Positions 16,995-26,232 of a stretch of DNA of 44,709 bases are shown here, piece by piece. The stretch's first letter is position 1, and every line of letters begins with the position of its first letter. Made by a program: the position numbers and the translations under genes. Source of the DNA: a virus (lineage: Duplodnaviria > Caudoviricetes); the IMG/VR virus record IMGVR_UViG_3300017716_001690, positions 1 to 44,709 of that record, one strand, 5' to 3'. Under the pieces are notes generated by a model. It ran no database searches and had not been told where the DNA came from. It saw nothing but the letters and a program-made list of their open reading frames with translations.

Positions 16995-18169
16995 CACTTC
17001 GCCGCCTTCGGGAGCAACATGGAAATGTCGCAACGATGCCGCTCGATTTCGCCGTGGTCCTTGTCGATCACGATACAGCGCATGTCACGCCCGGACCGAT
17101 AGCCCTTCCCGTGATGCCACGCGTCGCCGCTCGCGAGCGTGCGGAACGATTCGACCGTGCCGCCGACGAACTCTTTCACCTGCGAATGGTGCACGTGCCC
17201 AATATACCAATACCGGAAGTCGCACGCGCCCCAATCAACTTGCCGGTCGTTCGCCATGACGGGCACAAGGTCCGCCATCTTGATACCGTCGCCGTGCGTA
17301 ACGCCTATCAGCGTCTTGCCGAACTTGTAATACCAAAACGGCGACGGCGACATTTCGATTGTCACGCGCGCGTCGTTCGCGAAGTATGCATCGAGCGCAA
17401 GCGCCAGCGCGTACGAAGCGTGCGGGTCGTGATTGCCGCGCACGTTGCGCACTATCACTTGCTTGTGCCGTTCCAGCGCCTTCAAGACGACGTACACCAT
17501 AGACCGCAAACCGATTTGCATGATCTTCGGGTAACGCCCGTCGACGTCGAGTACGTTCTTTCCGTGCGGCGTGCGGTTGGTCGAGTCGTCGGCGTGGAAG
17601 AAGTCGCCAAGGTTCACGATCAAGCCGACGTCGGCGGGCGGCGCGGCTTCAATCAACCGGTCAATCGCGCCGCGCGTGAGGCTTTCCGCGATTTCAAGGT
17701 CAAAGTCTTGTCCCGTCTCTTGCGCCCACGACAGCATACCGAAGTGAGGGTCGCCCATGGGATACACCGCGAGAAGATCGGCAGTCGTTCCGACCGGCGC
17801 GTGAATGTGCGGCGACTTCCCGTGCGCGTCGGACACAAGCCACGCAACGAACTCTTCAAGCGCCGCGAGCACTTGCGCGTCGTCTACTTTCGTCTTGACC
17901 CATTGCGCCGCGATCTTGCCTTCGCCGTCGTACAGGGTCGACGTTCCTTTGAGGATGAAGGGCGCGGGTACTTCGTGAGTCATGTCGTGGTCGGGGCTAT
18001 ACCCCTGTTTCGCCGCCTTCGTGCGAACGGATTTGACGGCGCTGTGTGCGGTCTTGTAATCAATGTTCAGCGCGCGCGCCGCGCCGCGAATTGATCCCGC
18101 CGCGTCGATCGCGTCGAGTATTTCCGCTTGGCGCGGCGTCGCGAATTCTTTCAGCTTGGGGTCATTCAT
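16994..18169 (-). CDS. calcineurin-like metallophosphoesterase with N-terminal HTH
   Basis: GDPHFG, NLGDFFH, GNHD, THGD, GHVHH; N-terminal GSIRGAARALNI HTH. Confidence 0.85.
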   Translation of the reverse strand: MNDPKLKEFATPRQAEILDAIDAAGSIRGAARALNIDYKTAHSAVKSVRTKAAKQGYSPDHDMTHEVPAPFILKGTSTLYDGEGKIAAQWVKTKVDDAQVLAALEEFVAWLVSDAHGKSPHIHAPVGTTADLLAVYPMGDPHFGMLSWAQETGQDFDLEIAESLTRGAIDRLIEAAPPADVGLIVNLGDFFHADDSTNRTPHGKNVLDVDGRYPKIMQIGLRSMVYVVLKALERHKQVIVRNVRGNHDPHASYALALALDAYFANDARVTIEMSPSPFWYYKFGKTLIGVTHGDGIKMADLVPVMANDRQVDWGACDFRYWYIGHVHHSQVKEFVGGTVESFRTLASGDAWHHGKGYRSGRDMRCIVIDKDHGEIERHRCDISMLLPKAAK

Positions 18170-18474
18170 TTTGTGTGGGGTCCGAAAACTTGAAGAAGGA
18201 TCGACACGCCCCACGTAACGAACGCAGCGGCGGCGGCGAATAGAAGACCGATCAAGCCTTTGCGCAACGCGACGGCGGCTTGCTCGTTTAGCTTCCGCGA
18301 GCGGCGAAGGTGTTGGAAGTCGGCTTGCATTTCGGAAACGTCGTCAACCGTGATCCCGAAAGATTCGAGAACGTCCAACACCGTTTCTTTTCGAATGCGT
18401 CGGACGCGCGCTTGCCACTCGCTTTCCGGTTCGCCGTCGAGACGTTTAGCCGATAGATTTGGCGAGTCGGTCAA
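18166..18474 (-). CDS. membrane protein with C-terminal TM helix (possible holin/antiholin-like)
   Basis: GLIGLLFAAAAAFVTWGVSILL hydrophobic segment; probable TTG start at 18474 after GGAG. Confidence 0.55.
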   Translation of the reverse strand: MTDSPNLSAKRLDGEPESEWQARVRRIRKETVLDVLESFGITVDDVSEMQADFQHLRRSRKLNEQAAVALRKGLIGLLFAAAAAFVTWGVSILLQVFGPHTK

Positions 18475-18634
18475 GCGCCGCGCTCCGTTTGTCTTGCAGC
18501 GCCGCAAGGTCGGCGTCAGTGATCGGGGCGCTTGCGGCGTCTTGCAGACGGGCGAGGGTTTCGCGGGCGAGCGTGAAGAGTTCAAGCGCGGTATTCATGA
18601 GCGCGAACGCTTCGGCAATTGCTTTGGGGTTCAT
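18446..18634 (-). CDS. hypothetical protein
   Basis: 62 aa, helical, AGGTG RBS. Confidence 0.6.
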   Translation of the reverse strand: MNPKAIAEAFALMNTALELFTLARETLARLQDAASAPITDADLAALQDKRSAALDRLAKSIG

Positions 18635-18641
18635 GGTGCAC

Positions 18642-19043
18642 CTAGATTTGCGGGGGAGCGGCGACCACGACGGGCGCGGGTACCAACGGGTTTGCCTTGT
18701 TGAGCGCGTACAGGTCGTGCGACAGCGTCGCGAGCGCGGCGACTGCGTCGGCGATCGTGTCCGCCGCTAGCACGTTCTCGCCAGCGATCAACAGGCGTTC
18801 GGCGGTGTTCAACGCCGAGTCGATTTCTTCCAGCTTCGCGGCAATCGCCGTCGTTTGTCCGATCGACAGGACGCCGCGCTGATACAGTACCGTTGTGAAG
18901 TCGGCGACACCGACAAACGTAACGGTTGCCTCAGCCAACGCATTGCGCGGCGACTTCGGCGTAATCTGTTCGAACGTGGCGCACGCGCCCGTCAGTGTGA
19001 GCGGGGCGATAGCGAGAGACAAGGCGACGACGATTGACCGCAT
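18642..19043 (-). CDS. putative lipoprotein (possible spanin-like lysis accessory)
   Basis: Signal peptide with lipobox-like LTGA-C; AAGGA RBS; located in the lysis-like region. Confidence 0.6.
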   Translation of the reverse strand: MRSIVVALSLAIAPLTLTGACATFEQITPKSPRNALAEATVTFVGVADFTTVLYQRGVLSIGQTTAIAAKLEEIDSALNTAERLLIAGENVLAADTIADAVAALATLSHDLYALNKANPLVPAPVVVAAPPQI

Positions 19044-19057
19044 GGCGGGGTTTCCTT

Positions 19058-19228
19058 CTATTTAGTGGGAACGATTTTCAGCGCGACAAGCACCGCCGAA
19101 ATTGCGCCCATGCCGGAAACGATCAACGCGGCGGTTTGACCCGACACGATGTTTTCCCACGGAAGCGCGGCGATGAAACCGACGAAGCCGGTTACAGCAG
19201 CGACGGCAAATTTTTGTTTCAGGGTCAT
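19058..19228 (-). CDS. putative class II holin (56 aa, two TM helices)
   Basis: MTLKQKFAVAAVTGFVGFIAALPWENIVSGQTAALIVSGMGAISAVLVALKIVPTK; GAGG RBS; read manually. Confidence 0.6.
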   Translation of the reverse strand: MTLKQKFAVAAVTGFVGFIAALPWENIVSGQTAALIVSGMGAISAVLVALKIVPTK

Positions 19229-19286
19229 ACGGCTAGCCTCTCTTTCGTTTGCGATTGTTAAGGGCTAGCCGTACGTTACGCGAACG

Positions 19287-19703
19287 TCAACCCGGCAATG
19301 CAGTACCGAACACAGACGCAAGCGCCGTTTCAGCAGCTTCGGCGCGTTTCAACAGTTCGGCATTTTGCGCGAGCACGGCGCGCGCGGCGTCTTCAACTTC
19401 CTTCGCGAACGCTTCGGCAGTTTCGGCGCGCTTGGTTTGCTCCGCCGTATCCTGTTGCGCGGCGACAAGGGCGCGCGCGTTGATCGTGTCGAAATGCTTC
19501 ACGATTGCGGAGACGTCAAAGCCTTCGCGCGTCGCCTGTTCAATGGAAACGGTGCGGCGCTTGGCTTCCATTTCCGTCATGCGCGAACCGTCTTCCGCGT
19601 CAAGGTACGTCGCGATCGTGACGTGTTGCGCGGGCGCGCGGTCCGGTTCGTTTGGGTCGCCAAGGAAGGCGCAAAACTCGACGGGTTGTGAAACGAATTT
19701 CAT
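19287..19703 (-). CDS. hypothetical protein (possible tail-fibre chaperone, C-terminal coiled coil)
   Basis: GAGGA RBS, ATG 19703, directly downstream of the fibre gene. Confidence 0.65.
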   Translation of the reverse strand: MKFVSQPVEFCAFLGDPNEPDRAPAQHVTIATYLDAEDGSRMTEMEAKRRTVSIEQATREGFDVSAIVKHFDTINARALVAAQQDTAEQTKRAETAEAFAKEVEDAARAVLAQNAELLKRAEAAETALASVFGTALPG

Positions 19704-19723
19704 GTGTGTGTATCCTCTAAACT

Positions 19724-20959
19724 CTAACCAACGAACCAAGCCGCGCCGGTATCATATACCGGAACGTGAACCGCACCGCCGCCCGCGACAGCCGCGCCGA
19801 ACACCGGGGCGTTTGCATCCGACACCGCCGCGCGTCGACCGGCTGTACCCGCCGCCGGGAGCGTCGCCACGGTGTAGACGCGCATTCGGTGTATTCGGTT
19901 TTGGTCGATCACGATGTTACCCGTACCGCCGCCGCCGACCTGAATGCCGCGATCGGTGTCAACGCGAAGCATTCCGTTTGTGATCGTCGTCGTTCCGGGT
20001 GCGATCAAGTTGACCGCGAAGTTTGTTCCGGCAGCGGTGTCGGACCAATTTTCATTCGACGCAAGCGTGATGCTTGCACGGTTGCTAATGTACCCCGTGT
20101 CGCCGTATCCGCTACTCGCCATACTCAGCAAGTTTTGACCAGTAAGAACCGGGGTCGGCGCGGCGGCGGTTCCGTTTGCGCGGCGTCCAACATAAATTGA
20201 CGACGCGCCGTAAGTATCGAGCACGACAGATGTACGCGTTGACGCGTCCGCACCGGCAATATGCAGGATCGCGAGCCCCGGCAGGGACATGGCTGTTGTG
20301 TTCAGGTTGATTTGCTGTTGCGACGTGAAGTTGTTCGTTGCGTTCAGAATCGGAAGGTTCAACTCTGTTCGCGTGCAATTTTCCCACGCTCCCGCCGCCG
20401 CCGTCTTGCGACCGACGATATTGTATTGCGCCGTCGCGTTGACGAGACGCGCAAGCGCAACCGTGTTGTCCGTGAACATTCCCGCCGTGAGCGCGCCGAA
20501 GTTCAGCGCGCCGCCGGTACGACGCAATACCGTATCGTCAACCGTGGCGGCGGGCAAATCCTCAACCGCGACCCAATCATACGACAGCGGCGACCCGGCG
20601 GTGTTGCGCCAAACGTACGACACGTTTTCGTCGCGCACCCAAACGCGCAAGCCTTGTTGACGCGAGCCCATGGCGAGCGGCGTACCGGCGTCGTCAACGC
20701 CCGGAATAAAGCGCCACGCGTTGCCCCAATATACGGCGATGCAAAACGGGTACAGCGCCCACGCGCCGGTCGGCGACGCGGTGTTGATCAGGTACGCGTC
20801 GCCCTCCGTCGGCGATCCCGGCGGCGCGGTCAAGTCTTTGTCGATCACGCCAGACGCCGCGAGCGTTTGAAGCAACACGATTGTTTCGTTGAACGTGATT
20901 TCAGGGAACGCTTGCGCTTGCGCGAGTTCCGGCAACCCAAGATCGGCGGTCGTGGTCAT
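19724..20959 (-). CDS. DUF2793-containing tail fibre / receptor-binding protein
   Basis: LGLPELAQAQAFPEITFNE..PPGSPTEGDAYLI..TGAW..WRFIP N-terminus typical of DUF2793; Thr/Gly/Ala-rich beta-type C-terminus. Confidence 0.75.
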   Translation of the reverse strand: MTTTADLGLPELAQAQAFPEITFNETIVLLQTLAASGVIDKDLTAPPGSPTEGDAYLINTASPTGAWALYPFCIAVYWGNAWRFIPGVDDAGTPLAMGSRQQGLRVWVRDENVSYVWRNTAGSPLSYDWVAVEDLPAATVDDTVLRRTGGALNFGALTAGMFTDNTVALARLVNATAQYNIVGRKTAAAGAWENCTRTELNLPILNATNNFTSQQQINLNTTAMSLPGLAILHIAGADASTRTSVVLDTYGASSIYVGRRANGTAAAPTPVLTGQNLLSMASSGYGDTGYISNRASITLASNENWSDTAAGTNFAVNLIAPGTTTITNGMLRVDTDRGIQVGGGGTGNIVIDQNRIHRMRVYTVATLPAAGTAGRRAAVSDANAPVFGAAVAGGGAVHVPVYDTGAAWFVG

Positions 20960-21032
20960 GAGAAAAATACCATCCAGAGAACAAACCAAAGGATTGCGGA
21001 GAGAACCAAGCTAGAGACAACGGCGCGCATGG

Positions 21033-23366
21033 TCAAACGGTACCCTCAGTCACTTGCCCGCGCCCATAGACGCCCGACATTTGATACACGTCGACCCGAA
21101 CCAACGCGCCCGGCGTGTTGCCGTCGGCAGTCGCCGCCGCGCTTGTGTACGTGTACGTCGGCGTCGTGACAACTTCCGATCGCACAACCGTTGCGCCGTT
21201 GTATATATCGAGCGCGTACGACTCCGCGTCTTCACCGAGCGGAACAGCGCCGCCGCCGATCGCGGGCGTTGAAAGCCGCGTGCGCCGGGTCCATGAAATC
21301 ACGACGTCGCCCGATCCGTCACGGTCGCCGCGAAGGTGTGTCACGTTCAAGGGTCGTTTCCCTTCCCCGGTGTTTTCGAATGTTTGCGGCGTACCGTCGA
21401 TCAAGTCGGGAAGACTATCGGCGCGGTACGTGTACGTCGCGTTCCACGTCGCCGCCGTGTCAACGATCCGGTACAGTACGTCGGGGTCCGTCATGAGCGC
21501 GAAGCGTTCGCCGCCCCCGTGCGTGCCCACTAGCGCCTCAGTACCGAAGCGCCCGCGCAACAGGTCCGACAGAATATACGAACCCGGCGGCGACGTCGGC
21601 GTGACGGTCGCGAATTGAATGTATTCGCCGTCGTGCCCGTCCGCTGCACCGACCCAAGCAATGTTCGCGCGCGAGCCTAGCACTTCGGCTTCCGTCGCAC
21701 TCGACAACGTGTCGTCCGGGTCGACCGGCGTAACCGTGAGTGTGTTGACCCGGTCCCATACGTCAGTCGGTCCGCTCGCGAGCGTCGTATCGCACGTCGC
21801 GACCACGCCGCCGACGCCGATGTTTCCGACCACGTCGTACGTAAGGGGCGATCCGACACCGAGCGCGCGATACACTTCCGCGCCGCGCCAGCCTGCGGAC
21901 GCGCCAGCGAAGATCGCCAGAAACCCGACGTCGTCGTGCGTGTCGCGTGTGATCGCGGCGTCAATGAACAGCGCGGTTGTGTCGCCCGCGAGTTCAAGCG
22001 AGTTCGTGGGGAAGTTGCCAGCGTCGCCGGTCAGGATGCCGATATAGATCAACGAGTCTTCGAACGTGACTTCTAGGTCAATCATTCCGTTCGGCGACGA
22101 CGTGACGGTGTTGATTCGGAAGGGCTCATACTGCCCCGCGATTTGCAAGCCGATCAAGTCGCCAGCGTCAAGCCAACGATATTTATTCGACAACGTCACC
22201 TTGAGCATTTTAAGGCGCGCGGCGGCTTCGAACAACGATCGTTGCGCAAGGTTCCGCGCTTCGGTGTCAGTCAACACGATCGGAACGTCAACGCTAAGTT
22301 TGTTTTGCCCGATCGTCGCGGAGCGCCCGGCGCGTTGCGTGCTTGGCTGATAGTCGCGCGTTGGGTCTAGGTAGTTCACCGCGAGTTCGTCGGGAACTTT
22401 CGATATGCTGGCGACGCGCGCTTCCTTCGTTGACGCCGGGCGTTCGCCAACCGGCGCGGCGGCGTATTCCGTTTCGGCGATAAGGGTTCGCATAGCCCCG
22501 CCACGCGACACGGTCTTGAAGCCCGCGCCTTTCATGACAAGGTCAAACGCAAACGCAGCACCAAGCGGGTTGATTGCATCCCACGCCGAACCGTCGTTCG
22601 CCGCGACGAACCCGCGACACGGCAACAGCCGAATGCTTGTCGTATCCACGGCGACGTCAGCCGTTGCGGCTATGTCTTCCACGATCGCGTCAAGCGTCGT
22701 GATCATGGGTTCAACTTCAAATTCCAAGTTAGGAACGCGCGACCCGAAATCCGCGAGCGCGATACGTTCGAACACGACGGACGTAACGCCACGATACGCC
22801 GGGACGACTTCGCCGGGGTGCAGCGTTTGGAACAGCGGGTCAACACCTTGCGTCGCTTCGCCTCGATACAAGCGCACGTACGTAATCGTTCCCTGCGTCT
22901 TGTTGACCTTGCCGAATTGCAGCGCGCCGTTTGCCAGCGTTTCGCCCGCCGTCGCGCCGGTCGCGTCACGATCGAATACAACTTTGCCGTTCGCGTAGAT
23001 ACGCTTCAAACCGTTCGGCGCAATCGCGATACCTTCCGCGAGCAACACATGCAAATGTGCGTCGTATGTGTAATACTTCACACCGCCAAGCCCGGCGATG
23101 GAACCTTTCTTATGCTTGACCGGCAACAAGTCCGACTTGTCTATGACGTTCCCGGCGACGCGCACGGTTGCCCCGTACAGGCGCGGGATAGGTTTGCCAT
23201 AGGTCGACGTCTGTATTTTAAGGTCGGATAGTCCCGGCTGTTTCGATCCGCTTACGGCGGCGTTGAACAGCGTCGAGACGAGGAATTGCCCGAACGTCCC
23301 AAGGCTTGCCCAAAGCGCGGCGGCGGCTTGGAATACGGCGACGATCGTTGCTGTAATCGGGTCCAT
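21033..23366 (-). CDS. tail tip / central fibre protein (GTA megatron / Phage-tail_3-like)
   Basis: STYGKPIPRLYG..RVAGNVI, PAYRG, LADFGSRVPNLEFEV, DPTRDYQ, LLRGRFGTE, ISWTRRTR, PLGEDAESY. Confidence 0.85.
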   Translation of the reverse strand: MDPITATIVAVFQAAAALWASLGTFGQFLVSTLFNAAVSGSKQPGLSDLKIQTSTYGKPIPRLYGATVRVAGNVIDKSDLLPVKHKKGSIAGLGGVKYYTYDAHLHVLLAEGIAIAPNGLKRIYANGKVVFDRDATGATAGETLANGALQFGKVNKTQGTITYVRLYRGEATQGVDPLFQTLHPGEVVPAYRGVTSVVFERIALADFGSRVPNLEFEVEPMITTLDAIVEDIAATADVAVDTTSIRLLPCRGFVAANDGSAWDAINPLGAAFAFDLVMKGAGFKTVSRGGAMRTLIAETEYAAAPVGERPASTKEARVASISKVPDELAVNYLDPTRDYQPSTQRAGRSATIGQNKLSVDVPIVLTDTEARNLAQRSLFEAAARLKMLKVTLSNKYRWLDAGDLIGLQIAGQYEPFRINTVTSSPNGMIDLEVTFEDSLIYIGILTGDAGNFPTNSLELAGDTTALFIDAAITRDTHDDVGFLAIFAGASAGWRGAEVYRALGVGSPLTYDVVGNIGVGGVVATCDTTLASGPTDVWDRVNTLTVTPVDPDDTLSSATEAEVLGSRANIAWVGAADGHDGEYIQFATVTPTSPPGSYILSDLLRGRFGTEALVGTHGGGERFALMTDPDVLYRIVDTAATWNATYTYRADSLPDLIDGTPQTFENTGEGKRPLNVTHLRGDRDGSGDVVISWTRRTRLSTPAIGGGAVPLGEDAESYALDIYNGATVVRSEVVTTPTYTYTSAAATADGNTPGALVRVDVYQMSGVYGRGQVTEGTV

Positions 23367-24466
23367 TATTCCACTTCCGCGCCGGGTGAGTCTTGCAGGT
23401 CGTCAGTCCCTCGCACGTACGGGAAGCCGCCGAAGTTGAGAGAATTACTAAACACGGTGTCGCACACCGTCAAAGACTTATCGCACCCTTTGACCGCTTC
23501 GTACGTGTCGCCGATTTGTATGTCGTACTGTGTCGCCTGTTCCAGCACGAATTGACCGGCGGAGAATGAACGAATGTCGATCGTCTGCCCCGCGTTGTTC
23601 CCGGTCAACCACGTGAGCGTACCAAGTTGCCAGTAATCGTCGGCTTCCGCGCGCGACGAATCAATGAAGGTCCGACGCTTCGACATAAGCCAAAGGTTAG
23701 GGAGCGACACGGCAGTTACCGCGCCCGACGCCGTGAACGCGGCAAGGTTCACACCGCACCGACCGTCGCCCAACTTGTACCGGCACGACGGCGTGACGGT
23801 TTGCAAGACGGACGCTTGTTGCAGGCGTTCCGCCGGGGTGACGACTTCGAATTTAAACGTCGTGTCCGCGAAGTTCACTTCGCCAATCCGACCGGCCATA
23901 AGTTGCCGACCGAATGTCGGGTCTTTCCAATCGACGCGCCACACTTCGACTTCCGCGCCAGCGAAGCGCCCCGCCCAAATGTCCGACGCTTTGATTTTGT
24001 TCGCCGTGATCAGTCCCGACAAATCGAGGTTGTCGACTTCGCCAAGCGTGGCGGAGAGTTGCAGCGCGGACGCGGTCATGCCGCCGCACGTGCCGTACAC
24101 TTCGCCGTTAAACGTCACGTCGCGATCGTGAGACGTGAAGCGGAACACTTGACCGTCGGCGCGGGTGATCTTCCACGCCTCGCACTCCGTCGTCATGCAT
24201 AGCGGCGCGTTTGCGTGAACGCCAACCATGACGCGAAGTTGTGTCGTACGTGTTGCACCCGCGCCGTGCGATCCGGTCATGACGCGAAGTTGTGTCGCGC
24301 GCGTCGGCGGAATAACCTTGATCCCGACCATTGCGCGGACTTGCGTTGCGCGCGCGGGCGCGGAAACGCGAACACCTACCATTGCGCGAAGTTGCGTTGA
24401 TCGCGTCGCGCCGGAACCGAGCGACCCAACCATAACCCGCGCTTGAGTCGCCCGGGTGTTGGTCAC
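23366..24466 (-). CDS. baseplate hub protein (DUF2163 / BR0599-like) with N-terminal 17-aa repeats
   Basis: WKITRADG..FTSHDRD, CRYKLGDGRCGVNL, GCDKSLTVC..FSNSLNFGGFPYV. Confidence 0.85.
   Translation of the reverse strand: MTNTRATQARVMVGSLGSGATRSTQLRAMVGVRVSAPARATQVRAMVGIKVIPPTRATQLRVMTGSHGAGATRTTQLRVMVGVHANAPLCMTTECEAWKITRADGQVFRFTSHDRDVTFNGEVYGTCGGMTASALQLSATLGEVDNLDLSGLITANKIKASDIWAGRFAGAEVEVWRVDWKDPTFGRQLMAGRIGEVNFADTTFKFEVVTPAERLQQASVLQTVTPSCRYKLGDGRCGVNLAAFTASGAVTAVSLPNLWLMSKRRTFIDSSRAEADDYWQLGTLTWLTGNNAGQTIDIRSFSAGQFVLEQATQYDIQIGDTYEAVKGCDKSLTVCDTVFSNSLNFGGFPYVRGTDDLQDSPGAEVE
24203..24457 (-). repeat. five tandem ~51-bp (17-aa) repeats, consensus xTRxTQLRxMVG
   Basis: TRATQARVMVGSLGSG / ATRSTQLRAMVGVRVSA / PARATQVRAMVGIKVIP / PTRATQLRVMTGSHGAG / ATRTTQLRVMVGVHANA. 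Confidence 0.85.
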
Positions 24467-24468
24467 TG

Positions 24469-25548
24469 TTAAACCGTTTTTTCAATCCGAATTTGCGCGG
24501 CGTTGAAGCTTGTCGGCGTCCAAGGTACGCCGGTCGCGGGGTCCGTTTCGAACGTGTCGCGCCAGTACGTATATGTTTCGGTGATAGCGCGATCGGTACC
24601 CGAACCGACGGACGCGCCCGACACCATTGACACCTGCACTTGTGCCGCGCCCGCGTCGGTCTTGCGGAGCATCGGCTTAGACACAACCGCGAGCACTTCG
24701 CCGACCGTGCCCGGCAAGGTTTCCAAGTCATAGTCAGACTTTTGCGCGGCGGCGGTCGCTTCAACGTACGTCGTGTCGGCGTCCGGGGTCGTGTCGCTGA
24801 TACAGCTAAAGTCGGTCGCGCCAGTGTTGCGCGTCCAATCGGTTGTGACGGTGTCGCCGTTGACGTTCATGTCCAACCATTGCGTGTCGCCAAGGAACGT
24901 TGTGTTGTACGTCCCGGTCGTGTCGCAGCAATACAGGTCCGCGCAATCATAGTTCGAAACGCCCGACCCGACCGGCGATTGCAGGATTGCGGCTTGCGAT
25001 ACGGTCGTGATTGCCGTCGCTTGCGTGTCGACCGAACTTGCGTTGATGACGACGACGCCGTTGACGCGCACAATGACCGAGCCGTCCGCAGGCGACGCGC
25101 CGTTTCCGACGTCAAGGAACACTTCAATAAAGTGATACGCGCTCGCGGTAATCGGCGGCGTCGGCGACAGCGCGTCGCTATCGGCGATCACGGTTGCAGT
25201 CGTGCCGCGCCGTACTTCGATCTTGCCCGTTGACGTGACGACGACGCGCACTTGTGCGGCGTTGGCGGAGTCGCGGATTTCGAACGGGTAAACTTCCGTC
25301 GTCGGAAGGCTTGGCATGTAGAACGCCGCGCCCATGACCACCTGCACCAAGTCCGCGCCGAACACGAAACGGGCAATCGAGTTGACCGAAGCCGTGGCGC
25401 TTCGAAGGTGTGTCGACCCTAGCCCGCGTGGGTTCGTTGTTTCCGGTGACGTTTGCGAACCGACTTGCGCCCAAACGCCCGCGAGCAAATTCGTTCGCCC
25501 GGTCGCGCCAGTTCCGACACCGTTGAAGTTTTCCGCGAAACGCAGCAT
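24469..25548 (-). CDS. virion structural protein (Thr/Ser-rich, probable beta-sandwich/lectin-like tail-tip component)
   Basis: Lies between the Dit and hub genes; composition and DPATGVPWT C-terminal motif typical of tail-associated proteins. Confidence 0.65.
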   Translation of the reverse strand: MLRFAENFNGVGTGATGRTNLLAGVWAQVGSQTSPETTNPRGLGSTHLRSATASVNSIARFVFGADLVQVVMGAAFYMPSLPTTEVYPFEIRDSANAAQVRVVVTSTGKIEVRRGTTATVIADSDALSPTPPITASAYHFIEVFLDVGNGASPADGSVIVRVNGVVVINASSVDTQATAITTVSQAAILQSPVGSGVSNYDCADLYCCDTTGTYNTTFLGDTQWLDMNVNGDTVTTDWTRNTGATDFSCISDTTPDADTTYVEATAAAQKSDYDLETLPGTVGEVLAVVSKPMLRKTDAGAAQVQVSMVSGASVGSGTDRAITETYTYWRDTFETDPATGVPWTPTSFNAAQIRIEKTV

Positions 25549-25551
25549 TGA

Positions 25552-26232
25552 TCAATCCTCACAATACCGGACTTCCTGCAACGGAATGTCCGCAAATCCT
25601 GAAACCGCGTACGTCTTGAGGATGCCCCTAAACGTGTCGTCAGCTTGGAACCTAACTTGAATGTCAAACAAAAATCCAGCGGTTATGACAGTCCCGGCAA
25701 GCGGCGCGTGCGAGAAGTCGATATAACCGCCTTGGCGCGATACCGTCCAAGTCAAGCCGGGCGACAACACGCCGGGGTCGATACCGTCGATCCCGATCAA
25801 CACGGACGACGTAACCGGGAAGCATATCTGACGATCGTACGGCGTCGCGGGCGATCCCAAGTCGTAACGCTTGATCAGCCGGAAACGCGTGGTCGCGCCG
25901 TCGCCTGTTCCGATCACGACGTCAGTTCGCGATATCACCGGTTCTTCATTCGGGAGCGTCAACGGCACGGACGCAAAGTCGGTCGGGTCGCGCCACGGCC
26001 AAGTGTGCGCCGGTCCCGTCATCACTAGCCAATGGTCTTTGAGTGCTTCGAACGTGTCTTGATTGCGCACGCCGTCGGGAATGCTGATTTCGCGGAGCGC
26101 GTCTTGCCAGCGCGCGTTCGCCTGTTCCGCGCCGCTATCGACTTGGGCAATCTGCGTCGAGAACATGGGCGCGACTTCGACGGGCCAACCTTCGATTTTG
26201 TCGGCTAGATACTTGTCAACGAACCGGACCAT
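25552..26232 (-). CDS. distal tail protein (DUF2460-like)
   Basis: PMFSTQI..SGAEQANARW, WRDPTDF, IGTGDGATTRFRLIKRY, ITAGFLFDIQVRF, IPLQEVR. Confidence 0.85.
   Translation of the reverse strand: MVRFVDKYLADKIEGWPVEVAPMFSTQIAQVDSGAEQANARWQDALREISIPDGVRNQDTFEALKDHWLVMTGPAHTWPWRDPTDFASVPLTLPNEEPVISRTDVVIGTGDGATTRFRLIKRYDLGSPATPYDRQICFPVTSSVLIGIDGIDPGVLSPGLTWTVSRQGGYIDFSHAPLAGTVITAGFLFDIQVRFQADDTFRGILKTYAVSGFADIPLQEVRYCED

Noticed and set aside
19724-20959. Diversity-generating retroelement targeting the fibre gene
   Set aside because: No reverse transcriptase ORF and no template/variable repeat pair noticed
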